64,000 bases of DNA from Hyphomicrobium aestuarii (GTDB lineage Bacteria > Pseudomonadota > Alphaproteobacteria > Rhizobiales > Hyphomicrobiaceae). The notes beneath the pieces are model-generated. The model did not search any database and was not told the DNA's origin. It was given only the letters and a program-made list of their open reading frames with translations. The position numbers and the translations under genes were made by a program. This document shows positions 9,651 to 17,903 of the stretch, one piece after another. Within the stretch, counting starts at the first letter, position 1. Each line of letters opens with the position of its first letter. The stretch is taken from positions 534 to 64,533 of the forward strand of contig JAWXCP010000039.1 of assembly GCA_034408685.1 (NCBI GenBank), given 5' to 3'.

Positions 9651-9788
9651 CGATGAGCATCAGAATTCGCACGGTAATATTCACACAAATTTCAAACAAT
9701 GGGTTTGGTGAATTCGATTCCCCAGGAGGCTTGGCGCTTGGAGAATGGGGACATCGACTCGGTGCGGATGCTATTTCGCCGTCCGAAC

Positions 9789-10787
9789 CTACTGGCGAAC
9801 CCACTGGCCGTCAAAAGACGCACCGTTCCCACAAAGGTCAGGCTTGCATTCGCTGGTCGTTGTAACGTTCACAGCCGTTGTCCCCGGAACCCGGGAAATG
9901 CGCACCTCACATTTCTTCGGGTCGTCCAGTATCGCGATCAGTTCATCCCGATCGGCGCGCCAGGCACCTAGGCCAACCCCACAGACTGCAGTCGTGCTAT
10001 GCCGCACGGTCTCGATGCCGACATAAGAGGGACCGTCGTGGGGCTCCAGGATGGTCATGACGCCATCGGTTCCCTTGGCGCGCAGCTTGTATTCGCCCGA
10101 GAGTGCCGCGCCGCCAGCGCCGCCAACCACTTTCTTCCAATCGCACTCAAAATTTGTCGGAATGTCCGTCAACTTGGCGGCTGCCATGCAGGCGGCCGTG
10201 GTAGCGCGTGGGTTGGCGGGCGATGCCTTATCCGAAGCATCCGCTGCCGTGTTGCCGCCAGCGAGCGGCAAGGACGTGTCAGGCGTCGTGCACCCCGCTT
10301 TACCCTTAACTGCCACTCGGAACATGAGCTTGCCGTCTTTGACCACAGTCAGCTTACCTGATTCAATTTCAACCGCGCCGAGTTTCATTTCGGCAAGCTT
10401 GACTTCCAGAATGACAAACTCGTTTGGTTCGGGGAGCTGGTAAAGCTGGTGTTCGAAAACGTTGTAGCCTGTCGTTTTCCCACCGGTCGCCACACGCTTC
10501 AGCACAGTGATCTGACCACCAATTTTTATCCGGGCCTGTTGCCGGACGTGATTTTGACCAATGAGCCACTCATCGAACAGGTACGCGTACTTGTCTTGCG
10601 CAGGGTTGCGATCGTGTTGCCAGATCAGCACCTTGCAACCGCTGTGGCGGTCAACATCGGATCTTTCGAAAAGCTCGAGATCGACGTCTTTGGGTGGGGC
10701 TTGTGCCAATCCCGGAGACAACGGCAGCAGTAAGCTGAAGGCAACGAATCCAGCAAAGCCACGCAGTGGCGATTGGCATTGGAGCAT
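9789..10787 (-). CDS. Secreted protein, paralogue A (shared N-domain plus Cys-rich C-domain)
   Basis: Signal peptide 'FAGFVAFSLLLPLSPGLAQA'. Residues ~30-190 are clearly homologous to the next gene ('PKDVDLELFE.S.VDR..GC.V..WQH.R.P..DK.AYLF...L.GQ......ARIKI.G...LKRVA.GGKTTGY...E.QLYQLP..NEFV.LE.KLAE'). The C-terminal ~140 aa are unrelated and hold 6 Cys. Confidence 0.75.
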   Translation of the reverse strand: MLQCQSPLRGFAGFVAFSLLLPLSPGLAQAPPKDVDLELFERSDVDRHSGCKVLIWQHDRNPAQDKYAYLFDEWLIGQNHVRQQARIKIGGQITVLKRVATGGKTTGYNVFEHQLYQLPEPNEFVILEVKLAEMKLGAVEIESGKLTVVKDGKLMFRVAVKGKAGCTTPDTSLPLAGGNTAADASDKASPANPRATTAACMAAAKLTDIPTNFECDWKKVVGGAGGAALSGEYKLRAKGTDGVMTILEPHDGPSYVGIETVRHSTTAVCGVGLGAWRADRDELIAILDDPKKCEVRISRVPGTTAVNVTTTSECKPDLCGNGASFDGQWVRQ

Positions 10788-10845
10788 CGTCAGTCCTCGT
10801 GGAGCAATTCGTTCATTACGGTGACGCTGATAAGGCCCCGCTAGG

Positions 10846-11940
10846 TCACTTCGCCTTGTAGACCAGGGGGAAGTCCTGTGGGTTCAGTTTCCGACCGTCG
10901 CATTTGGCCTTCTCGCGAAATTCGACGAGCCGAAACCCACCCTCGTCTGTCAATTGATACCGTTCAAACTGACCGCAATCTGAGCCGTTGCCTTCTGTAT
11001 ATACGGCGGTCACCGTCCGCGTTTTCATGTCCCATTTCGGGTCCATCAATGCATGATCGCCAAGCCCTCGGCTGACGCCTTTGGGCAGAGTCAAGGTCAG
11101 GAATTTGTAGTCGGCCGAAGGGTCAGGAATGTAAACCAGCGCGTAAACAACCGAAAACTTCGTGCCATAATCGCCGCAGGGCAACTGCCAGATCGCTGAT
11201 TCCTCAGAGAGCTGGAATGCCGTCACGCCCTTTTGCAACGTGGCCGGCTCGCAGCCGAACTGCTTCTTGGCCGCGTCCGTCATTTTGGCTGGGACTTGCG
11301 CGCGACGTACGGGGTAGCGCTCGAACATGCCCGGTCCGACTTCGCCAGCCGGTGGGTTCGCAGCCGGTACCGACGCGACCTTTTCCGCAAGCGGAGCGGC
11401 CTCAGACCTGCGAGGTGGTGCGGACTTTCGGCCGGTGTCGGGCGCGGCGGGCGTCATGCAGCCAGCGTTGCCTTTGACGGACGCACGGAACGGCGGCTTT
11501 CCATCCATGATGACAGTCAACTTGCCAGCTTCGACGTCGACTGCCTCGCCCTCTGGTTCGGCAAGCTTGAGTTCAAGCACAACGAACTCGTTAGCGGTCG
11601 GTAGTTGGTAGAGCTGGAACTCGTAAAGATCGTACCCCGTCGTCTTGCCACCTTTCGCAACGCGCTTCAGCGTTTTGTCGACACCGCTAATCTTGATGCG
11701 CGCTGGCTGACGATTGAAAGTCTGTCCGACCAGGGTTTCGGCGAACAGGTATGCGAACTTGTCCGTTTCAGGATCACGGTTGTGCTGCCACAACACGACC
11801 GTGCAACCCTTGCTGCGGTCGACTTCGGACTTTTCAAAGAGTTCCAAGTCGACGTCTTTGGGTGAGGTCTGTGCAGATCCTGGGGACGTGCTCGCCAGGA
11901 GACCGCAGGCAAGGAGCAGTGTAAGTCCGCGTTTGAACAT
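10846..11940 (-). CDS. Secreted protein, paralogue B, with DUF1176-like C-terminal domain
   Basis: ATG at 11940 with signal peptide 'MFKRGLTLLLACGLLASTSPGSAQ'. The N-domain is homologous to 9789..10787. The C-terminus 'FGCEP..LPCGDYGTKFSVVYALVY....GSDCGQFERYQL...GFRLVEFREKAKCDG' resembles DUF1176 as I remember it. Confidence 0.75.
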   Translation of the reverse strand: MFKRGLTLLLACGLLASTSPGSAQTSPKDVDLELFEKSEVDRSKGCTVVLWQHNRDPETDKFAYLFAETLVGQTFNRQPARIKISGVDKTLKRVAKGGKTTGYDLYEFQLYQLPTANEFVVLELKLAEPEGEAVDVEAGKLTVIMDGKPPFRASVKGNAGCMTPAAPDTGRKSAPPRRSEAAPLAEKVASVPAANPPAGEVGPGMFERYPVRRAQVPAKMTDAAKKQFGCEPATLQKGVTAFQLSEESAIWQLPCGDYGTKFSVVYALVYIPDPSADYKFLTLTLPKGVSRGLGDHALMDPKWDMKTRTVTAVYTEGNGSDCGQFERYQLTDEGGFRLVEFREKAKCDGRKLNPQDFPLVYKAK

Positions 11941-12047
11941 CGTCAGCCCCCGAGTTGACGCCGATAGTGATTGCTGCAGCAAAGTCGTCGAAGTCATGCG
12001 GTCACGCAAACGGTTTTCCGACCTGCACCAACAGATATCATGAGGTT

Positions 12048-12588
12048 TCAAATCGCCGTCGGATCGACACTACTGCCTTCGACTGGAGTTCTGTATGACC
12101 ATGACCATCCCAACCATGCGGCCCATTCGGCAAGTACGTTCTCGACGCCACGCAACAGAAACTGGCGGAAGCCTCGTCCCGGTTTGATCTGCCCGGATCT
12201 GCCCGGATCTGCCCGAGTACCCGCTTGACGATCTGCTCTCTTAGTCTGTACCGACTGCTCTATTCCGCCGTTTTTAGCTATAACCGCGTCGCTTTTGTCA
12301 ATGGCCCGCCGATCCTCCGGTTGACCTCGCCTGGATGCTTGGCGCGGCCGTTCGCGCGGCGGCCTTGGCTTCCGCCTCCAAGTTAGCCTTTGCCGCCCGT
12401 ATCTTGGCGAGCCGCTTCGTTTTACCGGCGATCCAAGCGGGGCAACTCGTCGCCGCGCTTGGCGCCGTGCTTCGCGTTCTCCTCGGCATGATGAACCGCG
12501 ACAAGTGATCCTTGGCCACGAAATCCTGCACGCCAGGTGGCAGAAACTGCGGCTGATCGAACTTCCAGAGGCGAAAATGCTTGCTCAT
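12048..12588 (-). pseudogene. IS1182/IS5-like transposase remnant (N-terminus, a middle piece and a frameshifted C-terminus)
   Basis: N-terminus 'MSKHFRLWKFDQPQFLPPGVQDFVAKDHLSRF', middle 'RLAKIRAAKANLEAEAKAAA'. On translating 12050-12260 by hand I get 'EQIVKRVLGQI...KPGRGFRQFLLRGVENVLAEW', the typical C-terminal block 'VE.VFGQIK.ARGFRQFLLRG', interrupted by the 10-bp triplication. A full transposase would be about three times longer. Confidence 0.6.
12185..12214. repeat. 10-bp unit 'gatctgcccg' x3 inside the transposase remnant
   Basis: Three perfect head-to-tail copies read directly. The two extra copies (20 bp) break the reading frame of the 'GQIK' block. Confidence 0.9.
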
Positions 12589-12626
12589 GACAATAGAAAG
12601 AATCACTCTCAATCTACGAGCAACCG

Positions 12627-12665
12627 ACTACTGGGGCGGGCTCATCTGGGACGGGCTCATCTGGG
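12627..12665. repeat. 15-bp unit 'cgggctcatctggga' x2.6
   Basis: Read directly at 12627-41 and 12642-56, with a partial third copy at 12657-65. Confidence 0.9.
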
Positions 12666-12682
12666 ACGGGCTCATAGCGTAG

Positions 12683-12852
12683 CGTATCTGACGTTTGGTT
12701 CCCGCTTGAGGCTTGTCCGTCAACCAAACGTCAGATGAAAAAACGACACTAGAATTGTACACTAGAATCATACGCTTGCCCGTGTTCCTTAAGGTTTCCG
12801 ACATTTGGTCACAACCGTGCTGCAGAGTGAACCAAATGTAGCAACCGGAACA
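12683..12852 (+). repeat. Double-hairpin repeat element, copy 1 (second copy at 40979..41140)
   Basis: Hairpin 1 has perfect 15-bp arms atctgacgtttggtt (12686-12700) / aaccaaacgtcagat (12722-12736). Hairpin 2 is a long imperfect stem, 'cgtgttcc..gtttccgacatttggt' ... 'accaaatgtagcaaccggaacag'. About 115 nt aligns by eye with 40979-41095. Confidence 0.7.
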
Positions 12853-12892
12853 GTAGTGTAACGGTGGATCATAGGGCGTTTGGGCAATTGCG

Positions 12893-13552
12893 ATGGCCGT
12901 CAAGAAAAGTCCAGACGCGAACCTGCCGGGGCATCCGGCCGAAGAGAGCCTGGCGACCGGATCAGGCGCGCCTCAGGTCGTGGCCAAAAGCCTGGAGCAG
13001 GTGATCGGAGCGCGGGTTCGCGACAGCCGCAAATCTGCGGGTCTGACGTTGTCGGAATTGGCGCAAGCTGCCGAAATATCGACTGCCATGCTCTCGCGCA
13101 TCGAGACAGGTCAGATCTCGCCATCGTTGGGTACACTCCAACTGTTGTCGGGCGCCATCAACATGCCGCTCTCGACGTTGCTGGCGTCACTCGAAGAAAG
13201 TCGCGGCTGCACATATGTGAAAGCCGGGCACGGTGTCTCCATCAGCCGTCGAGGAACCAAGGTTGGGCATCAGTACATCATGCTGGGCCAGCCACTGAGC
13301 GGACCCGTTGCCGTCGAGCCGTATCTGATCATCCTCGATCAATCCGCCGAGCCCTATACCAATTTTCGACACGAAGGCATCGAGTACCTTTATATGCTGA
13401 CCGGCCAAGTCGACTATCGACACGGCGATCGCAGCTACGCACTCGCGCCCGGCGACAGCCTGATGTTCGACAGTGCCGAGTTTCACGGTCCAGAGGTCCT
13501 GCGAACGCTACCTGCGACTTACCTTTCCATTATTATTTACGCGCGATCTTGA
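12893..13552 (+). CDS. XRE-family HTH transcriptional regulator with C-terminal cupin domain
   Basis: HTH_3 segment 'IGARVRDSRKSAGLTLSELAQAAEISTAMLSRIETGQISPSLGTLQLLSGAINMPLSTLL' with a cupin-like C-terminus '..GIEYLYMLTGQVDYRHGDRSYALAPGDSLMFDS..H'. It lies directly upstream of the NMG genes. Confidence 0.85.
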   Translation: MAVKKSPDANLPGHPAEESLATGSGAPQVVAKSLEQVIGARVRDSRKSAGLTLSELAQAAEISTAMLSRIETGQISPSLGTLQLLSGAINMPLSTLLASLEESRGCTYVKAGHGVSISRRGTKVGHQYIMLGQPLSGPVAVEPYLIILDQSAEPYTNFRHEGIEYLYMLTGQVDYRHGDRSYALAPGDSLMFDSAEFHGPEVLRTLPATYLSIIIYARS

Positions 13553-13560
13553 CGTCGCAA

Positions 13561-13610
13561 TTGACAGGTGGCGCGCGTTCAATGTAAATATTTTTGCGTG
13601 CGACGCAAAA
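13561..13610 (+). promoter_or_regulatory. Candidate sigma70-type promoter plus perfect palindromic operator in front of mgsA
   Basis: TTGACA (13561-66), an 18-nt spacer, then TAAATA (13585-90). Immediately downstream is the perfect inverted repeat ttttgcgt-gcg-acgcaaaa (13592-13610), 14 nt before the mgsA ATG. Confidence 0.45.
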
Positions 13611-13624
13611 TGGGTGCGCTTCCG

Positions 13625-14521
13625 ATGTGTGGAATTGTCGGTCTCTACTTAAAGGATACCAAGCTTGAGCCGCAGCTTGGCTCGCTGACGTCCGAAATGC
13701 TGGCCACGATGTGCGAACGCGGCCCCGATTCCGCAGGTTTTGCAGTCTACGGCGCGGCAGTCGAAGGGGAACTCAAGATCACGGTCCAGTCGGCGGACCC
13801 TGCCGCTGACTTCCCCGCGCTTGCCATGGCGGTAGAGGCGGAGTACGGGCGCCCGGTGCGCATCGACGAACGCGCGACACACGCGGTCGTCCATGTTCCT
13901 GCAGACGCGCTCGGCACAGTGAAAAACGTCGTTTCACAGCACTGTCCAACAATCCGGATCATGGGGATCGGCGAGGCCATCGAAATCTACAAGGAAGTCG
14001 GCTTGCCGACTGCCGTGGCATCTCGATTTGCGCTGTCTGAAATGTCCGGTACGCACGCGATCGGCCACACGCGAATGGCGACCGAATCTGCGGTGACAAC
14101 CAGCGGTGCGCATCCGTTCTCGACTGGTCTGGACCAGTGCCTCGTGCATAACGGTTCGCTGTCCAACCACCACAACTTGCGGCGCGTGCTCCACCGCGAG
14201 GGCATGAGTTTCCAGACCGACAACGACTCCGAGGTGGCCGCCGGCTATCTCTCCTGGCGCATGCAGCAGGGGCTCAACCTGCAACAAGCGCTCGAGAAAA
14301 GCCTCGATGATCTCGATGGTTTCTTTACGTTCGTGGTGGGTACGAAAACCGGCTTCGCAGTTCTGCGCGATCCCATCGCCTGCAAGCCAGCAGTCTTGGC
14401 TGAAACAGACAGTTACGTCGCCTTCGGCTCTGAATATCGCGCGTTGGCAGGCCTACCCGGCATCGAAGACGCCAAGGTCTGGGAGCCCGAACCGGCAACC
14501 GTCTACTTTTGGGGGCGCTGA
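13625..14521 (+). CDS. mgsA: N-methylglutamate synthase subunit A (class-II glutamine amidotransferase-like)
   Basis: Starts 'MCGIVGLY', giving an N-terminal nucleophile Cys after Met. GltB amidotransferase-type sequence. First gene of the mgsABC-gmaS-mgdABCD order. Confidence 0.85.
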   Translation: MCGIVGLYLKDTKLEPQLGSLTSEMLATMCERGPDSAGFAVYGAAVEGELKITVQSADPAADFPALAMAVEAEYGRPVRIDERATHAVVHVPADALGTVKNVVSQHCPTIRIMGIGEAIEIYKEVGLPTAVASRFALSEMSGTHAIGHTRMATESAVTTSGAHPFSTGLDQCLVHNGSLSNHHNLRRVLHREGMSFQTDNDSEVAAGYLSWRMQQGLNLQQALEKSLDDLDGFFTFVVGTKTGFAVLRDPIACKPAVLAETDSYVAFGSEYRALAGLPGIEDAKVWEPEPATVYFWGR

Positions 14522-14523
14522 GC

Positions 14524-15210
14524 ATGCCAACGCTCGACCTCGCACTATCTTCGTTGCGCGACCTGAACGGCGCGCTGCAAACCCATACGGACGGAAGCAA
14601 CGACACGGCTTTCGAGGTATTGAACCCCCGCGGTCAACATGCCGTCGCCGTGGGCGTGAACGCACCCGTCACCATCGATGTTCGAGGCAGTGTCGGCTAT
14701 TATTGTGGCGGCATGAACCAGCAAGCGCGCATCACGGTCCATGGCTCGGCTGGCCCCGGCGTTGGCGAGAACATGATGTCGGGCACTGTCACCGTGCGCG
14801 GTGATGCCAGCCAGTATGCCGGTGCGACAGGACGCGGTGGGCTGCTTGTCATCGATGGAAATGCCTCGTCACGCTGCGGCATCTCGATGAAAGGGATCGA
14901 CATTGTGGTGCGCGGCAACGTTGGCCACATGTCGGCCTTCATGGCGCAAGCCGGTAATCTCGTTGTGCTCGGCAACGCAGGAGAAGCGCTAGGCGACAGC
15001 ATTTATGAGGCACGATTGTTCGTGCGTGGCGACGTTACAAGCCTCGGGGCGGACTGCATCGAGAAAGACATGCGGCCTGAGCATCATGAGGCGCTTGCGC
15101 GTTTGCTAGACGATGCCGGTATCACCGGCGTCGCAACCACTGAGTTCCGTCGCTACGGATCAGCCCGGCGTCTTTATACTTTCAATATCGACAATGCGGA
15201 TGCCTACTGA
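14524..15210 (+). CDS. mgsB: N-methylglutamate synthase subunit B (GXGXG-repeat domain, GltB C-terminal-like)
   Basis: Repeated beta-helix motif 'VRGSVGYYCGG..ITVHGSAGPGVGE..VTVRGDASQYAGA..LVIDGNASSRCG..IVVRGNVGHMSA..LVVLGNAGEALG'. ATG at 14524, 2 nt after the mgsA stop. Confidence 0.85.
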   Translation: MPTLDLALSSLRDLNGALQTHTDGSNDTAFEVLNPRGQHAVAVGVNAPVTIDVRGSVGYYCGGMNQQARITVHGSAGPGVGENMMSGTVTVRGDASQYAGATGRGGLLVIDGNASSRCGISMKGIDIVVRGNVGHMSAFMAQAGNLVVLGNAGEALGDSIYEARLFVRGDVTSLGADCIEKDMRPEHHEALARLLDDAGITGVATTEFRRYGSARRLYTFNIDNADAY

Positions 15211-16538
15211 TGAGCTATCGCACGCCGCCGACCACGCCCCGCAAGTCCGCAACCTTCGACGATTACACGTTGTCGGAAATCCGCCGCGCGGCCGCAACTG
15301 GGATCTATGATATTCGTGGCGGCGGCGCAAAACGGCGCTTGCCCCACTTCGACGACCTGTTGTTCCTTGGCGCGTCGATGTCGCGATATCCGCTTGAAGG
15401 CTACCGGGAGAAGTGCGCCACCAACGTCGTGCTCGGCACCCGTCATGCCAAGACGCCGATCGAACTTAAGATCCCGATTACGATCGCTGGCATGAGCTTC
15501 GGCTCGCTATCGGCCAACGCCAAGGAAGCGCTTGGGCGCGGGGCAACGCTGTCTGGCACATCGACCACGACTGGTGATGGCGGCATGACGAACGAAGAAC
15601 GTCAACATTCACAGTTGCTGGTCTATCAGTATCTCCCATCGCGGTACGGCATGAATCCAGACGATCTTCGCCGCGCCGACGCCATCGAGGTCGTTGTCGG
15701 ACAAGGTGCCAAGCCAGGCGGTGGCGGCATGCTGCTTGGCCAAAAAATTTCCGACCGCGTGGCAGAGATGCGAACGCTCCCTAAAGGCATCGATCAGCGT
15801 TCGGCCTGCCGTCATCCCGATTGGACTGGCCCAGACGATCTTGAAATCAAGATTCTAGAGTTACGCGAGATCACCGGTTGGGAAAAGCCAATCTATGTCA
15901 AGATTGGAAGTTCGCGGCCTTACTATGATGTGGCGCTGGCCGTGAAGGCTGGCGCCGATGTCGTCGTCGTCGACGGCATGCAAGGCGGCACGGCGGCGAC
16001 CCAGGAAGTGTTTATCGAACACGTCGGCATTCCAACGCTTGGCTGCATTCGTCCAGCCGTGAAAGCGTTGCAGGACTTGGGGCTGCACCGCAAAGTGCAG
16101 CTCATCGTGTCAGGCGGCATTCGCTCGGGGGCCGATGTCGCTAAGGCGTTAGCGCTGGGGGCCGATGCGGTCTCGATCGGGACGGCCGCCTTGGTCGCGA
16201 TCGGTGACAACGATCCGCAGTACGAGGCCGAATACCAGCAACTTGGCACCACCGCTGGCGCCTACGACGACTGGCATGAAGGTCGCGACCCGGCCGGCAT
16301 CACAACGCAAGATCCCGTGCTGTCTCAGCGCCTCGATCCAGCGCGCGCCGGCCGCCTGCTGGCGAATTACCTCAAGGTGATGACGCTCGAAGCGCAGACG
16401 ATTGCGCGCGCCTGCGGTCATAACCACGTCCACAATCTCGAGCCGGAAGACCTGTGTGCCCTCACCATCGAGGCCGCCGCCATGGCGCACGTCCCGCTCG
16501 CTGGCACGACGTGGATACCGGGCACGGGTGGCTGCTAG
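15210..16538 (+). CDS. mgsC: N-methylglutamate synthase subunit C (FMN-dependent glutamate-synthase domain)
   Basis: GltB FMN-domain-like sequence ('GMSFGSLS', 'VVGQGAKPGGGGML', 'VVVDGMQGGTAAT', 'LIVSGGIRSGADVAKALALGADAV'). The ATG overlaps the mgsB stop (ATGA). Confidence 0.85.
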   Translation: MSYRTPPTTPRKSATFDDYTLSEIRRAAATGIYDIRGGGAKRRLPHFDDLLFLGASMSRYPLEGYREKCATNVVLGTRHAKTPIELKIPITIAGMSFGSLSANAKEALGRGATLSGTSTTTGDGGMTNEERQHSQLLVYQYLPSRYGMNPDDLRRADAIEVVVGQGAKPGGGGMLLGQKISDRVAEMRTLPKGIDQRSACRHPDWTGPDDLEIKILELREITGWEKPIYVKIGSSRPYYDVALAVKAGADVVVVDGMQGGTAATQEVFIEHVGIPTLGCIRPAVKALQDLGLHRKVQLIVSGGIRSGADVAKALALGADAVSIGTAALVAIGDNDPQYEAEYQQLGTTAGAYDDWHEGRDPAGITTQDPVLSQRLDPARAGRLLANYLKVMTLEAQTIARACGHNHVHNLEPEDLCALTIEAAAMAHVPLAGTTWIPGTGGC

Positions 16539-16595
16539 ATGCCGGATTGGTGGACGCGTTTTCAGTTGCGCCGCGAGCGGGAAAGAACCAGCGTA

Positions 16596-17903
16596 ATGAG
16601 CTTTGATCTGTCTGCAATCGCTAAAGAACGCGGCATTCGATACTTTCTGATTTCCTACACCGATCTGATGGGCGGCCAGCGCGCTAAGCTCGTGCCAACG
16701 TCCGCCATTTCAGACATGCAGAAAGACGGCGCGGGTTTCGCGGGTTTTGCCACGTGGCTCGATATGTCGCCCGCTGACCCCGATCTGCTGGCGATGCCCG
16801 ATGGTGCCGGCATGATCCAGTTGCCATGGAAAAGAGAGGTCGCGTGGCTCCCGGCCGATCTCACCATGGGCAATGCCCCGGTTGGTCAGGCCCCACGCGT
16901 CGTCCTGAAGCGCGCGGTCCAGTCGTTCGCCGAGCAAGGGCTCAGCTTGAAGTCTGGCGTCGAATGCGAGTTTTTTCTGATTAATGCCGACGGCAGCGCA
17001 ATCGCCGATGACAAGGATAATGCGGTCAAGCCGTGCTATGATCAGCAAGCGCTAATGCGCCGTTATGATGTGATCGCCGAGATTTGCGACTACATGTTGG
17101 AATTGGGTTGGGGCGCTTACCAGAACGACCACGAAGACGCTAACGGCCAGTTCGAAATGAATTGGCATTACGCCGACTGCCTCGTCACAGCCGACCGTCA
17201 TTCGTTCTTCAAGTTCATGGTCAAGTCGGTCGCCGAAAAGCATGGGCTAAGGGCGACCTTCATGCCCAAGCCGTTCTCCAACTTGACCGGCAATGGGTGC
17301 CACGTCCATGTCTCGGTCTGGGACCCAAGCGGTAATCGCAATTTGTTCGCCGATGACAGCAATGAGTTGGGTTTATCCGCCGGAGCCTACGCCTTTCTAG
17401 GCGGCATCCTGCGCCACGCGGGAGGCTTGGCTGGGATCACCAACCCCACAGTCAATTCCTACAAACGGATCAACGCGCCGCGCACCATTTCGGGCGCCAC
17501 CTGGTCGCCCAACACGGTCACCTGGACGGGAAACAACCGGACCCACATGGTCCGTGTGCCGGCTCCTGGCCGGTTCGAGATCCGGCTCCCCGACGGCGCT
17601 GCAAACCCGTATCTCTTGCAAGCCGCCCTGCTTTCGGCCGGTAGTACTGGCATGGCCACCAAGGCTGACCCCGGCCCGCGCTACGACATCGACATGTACG
17701 AGCAGGGCCATACCGTGAAGAATGCGCCAAAGCTTCCGCTCAACTTGCTTGACGCGATTCGTGGCTTTGAGCGCGACGAGGTATTGACGGGTGCGCTCGG
17801 GGCTGAATTCTCGAAGTCATACGTCAAGATGAAGACGATCGAGTGGAATGCCTACAGCGCGCATCTTTCGGAGTGGGAGCGGCAGAACACCCTCGATGTT
17901 TGA
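16596..17903 (+). CDS. gmaS: Gamma-glutamylmethylamide synthetase (glutamine-synthetase family)
   Basis: GS-family sequence ('IRYFLISYTDLMGGQRAKLVP', 'ECEFFL', 'NGCHVHVSVW', 'NSYKRI', 'VRVP....FEIRLPDGAANPYL') in the position gmaS holds in NMG clusters. The ATG at 16596 is preferred over the upstream in-frame ATG at 16539. Confidence 0.85.
   Translation: MSFDLSAIAKERGIRYFLISYTDLMGGQRAKLVPTSAISDMQKDGAGFAGFATWLDMSPADPDLLAMPDGAGMIQLPWKREVAWLPADLTMGNAPVGQAPRVVLKRAVQSFAEQGLSLKSGVECEFFLINADGSAIADDKDNAVKPCYDQQALMRRYDVIAEICDYMLELGWGAYQNDHEDANGQFEMNWHYADCLVTADRHSFFKFMVKSVAEKHGLRATFMPKPFSNLTGNGCHVHVSVWDPSGNRNLFADDSNELGLSAGAYAFLGGILRHAGGLAGITNPTVNSYKRINAPRTISGATWSPNTVTWTGNNRTHMVRVPAPGRFEIRLPDGAANPYLLQAALLSAGSTGMATKADPGPRYDIDMYEQGHTVKNAPKLPLNLLDAIRGFERDEVLTGALGAEFSKSYVKMKTIEWNAYSAHLSEWERQNTLDV

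Noticed and set aside
9690-9740. 'ggtgaattcgattcccc', reminiscent of a tRNA T-arm next to the integrase and thus a possible att/tRNA remnant
   Set aside because: I could not fold a 5-bp T-stem with a 7-nt TTCGA-type loop. No acceptor stem or CCA context is present. The resemblance is too weak.
12185-12665. Short perfect tandem repeats considered as a possible CRISPR or mini-array (also at 25135-25191)
   Set aside because: The units are contiguous with no spacers, and are only 10-19 bp long with 3 copies. No cas genes are present.
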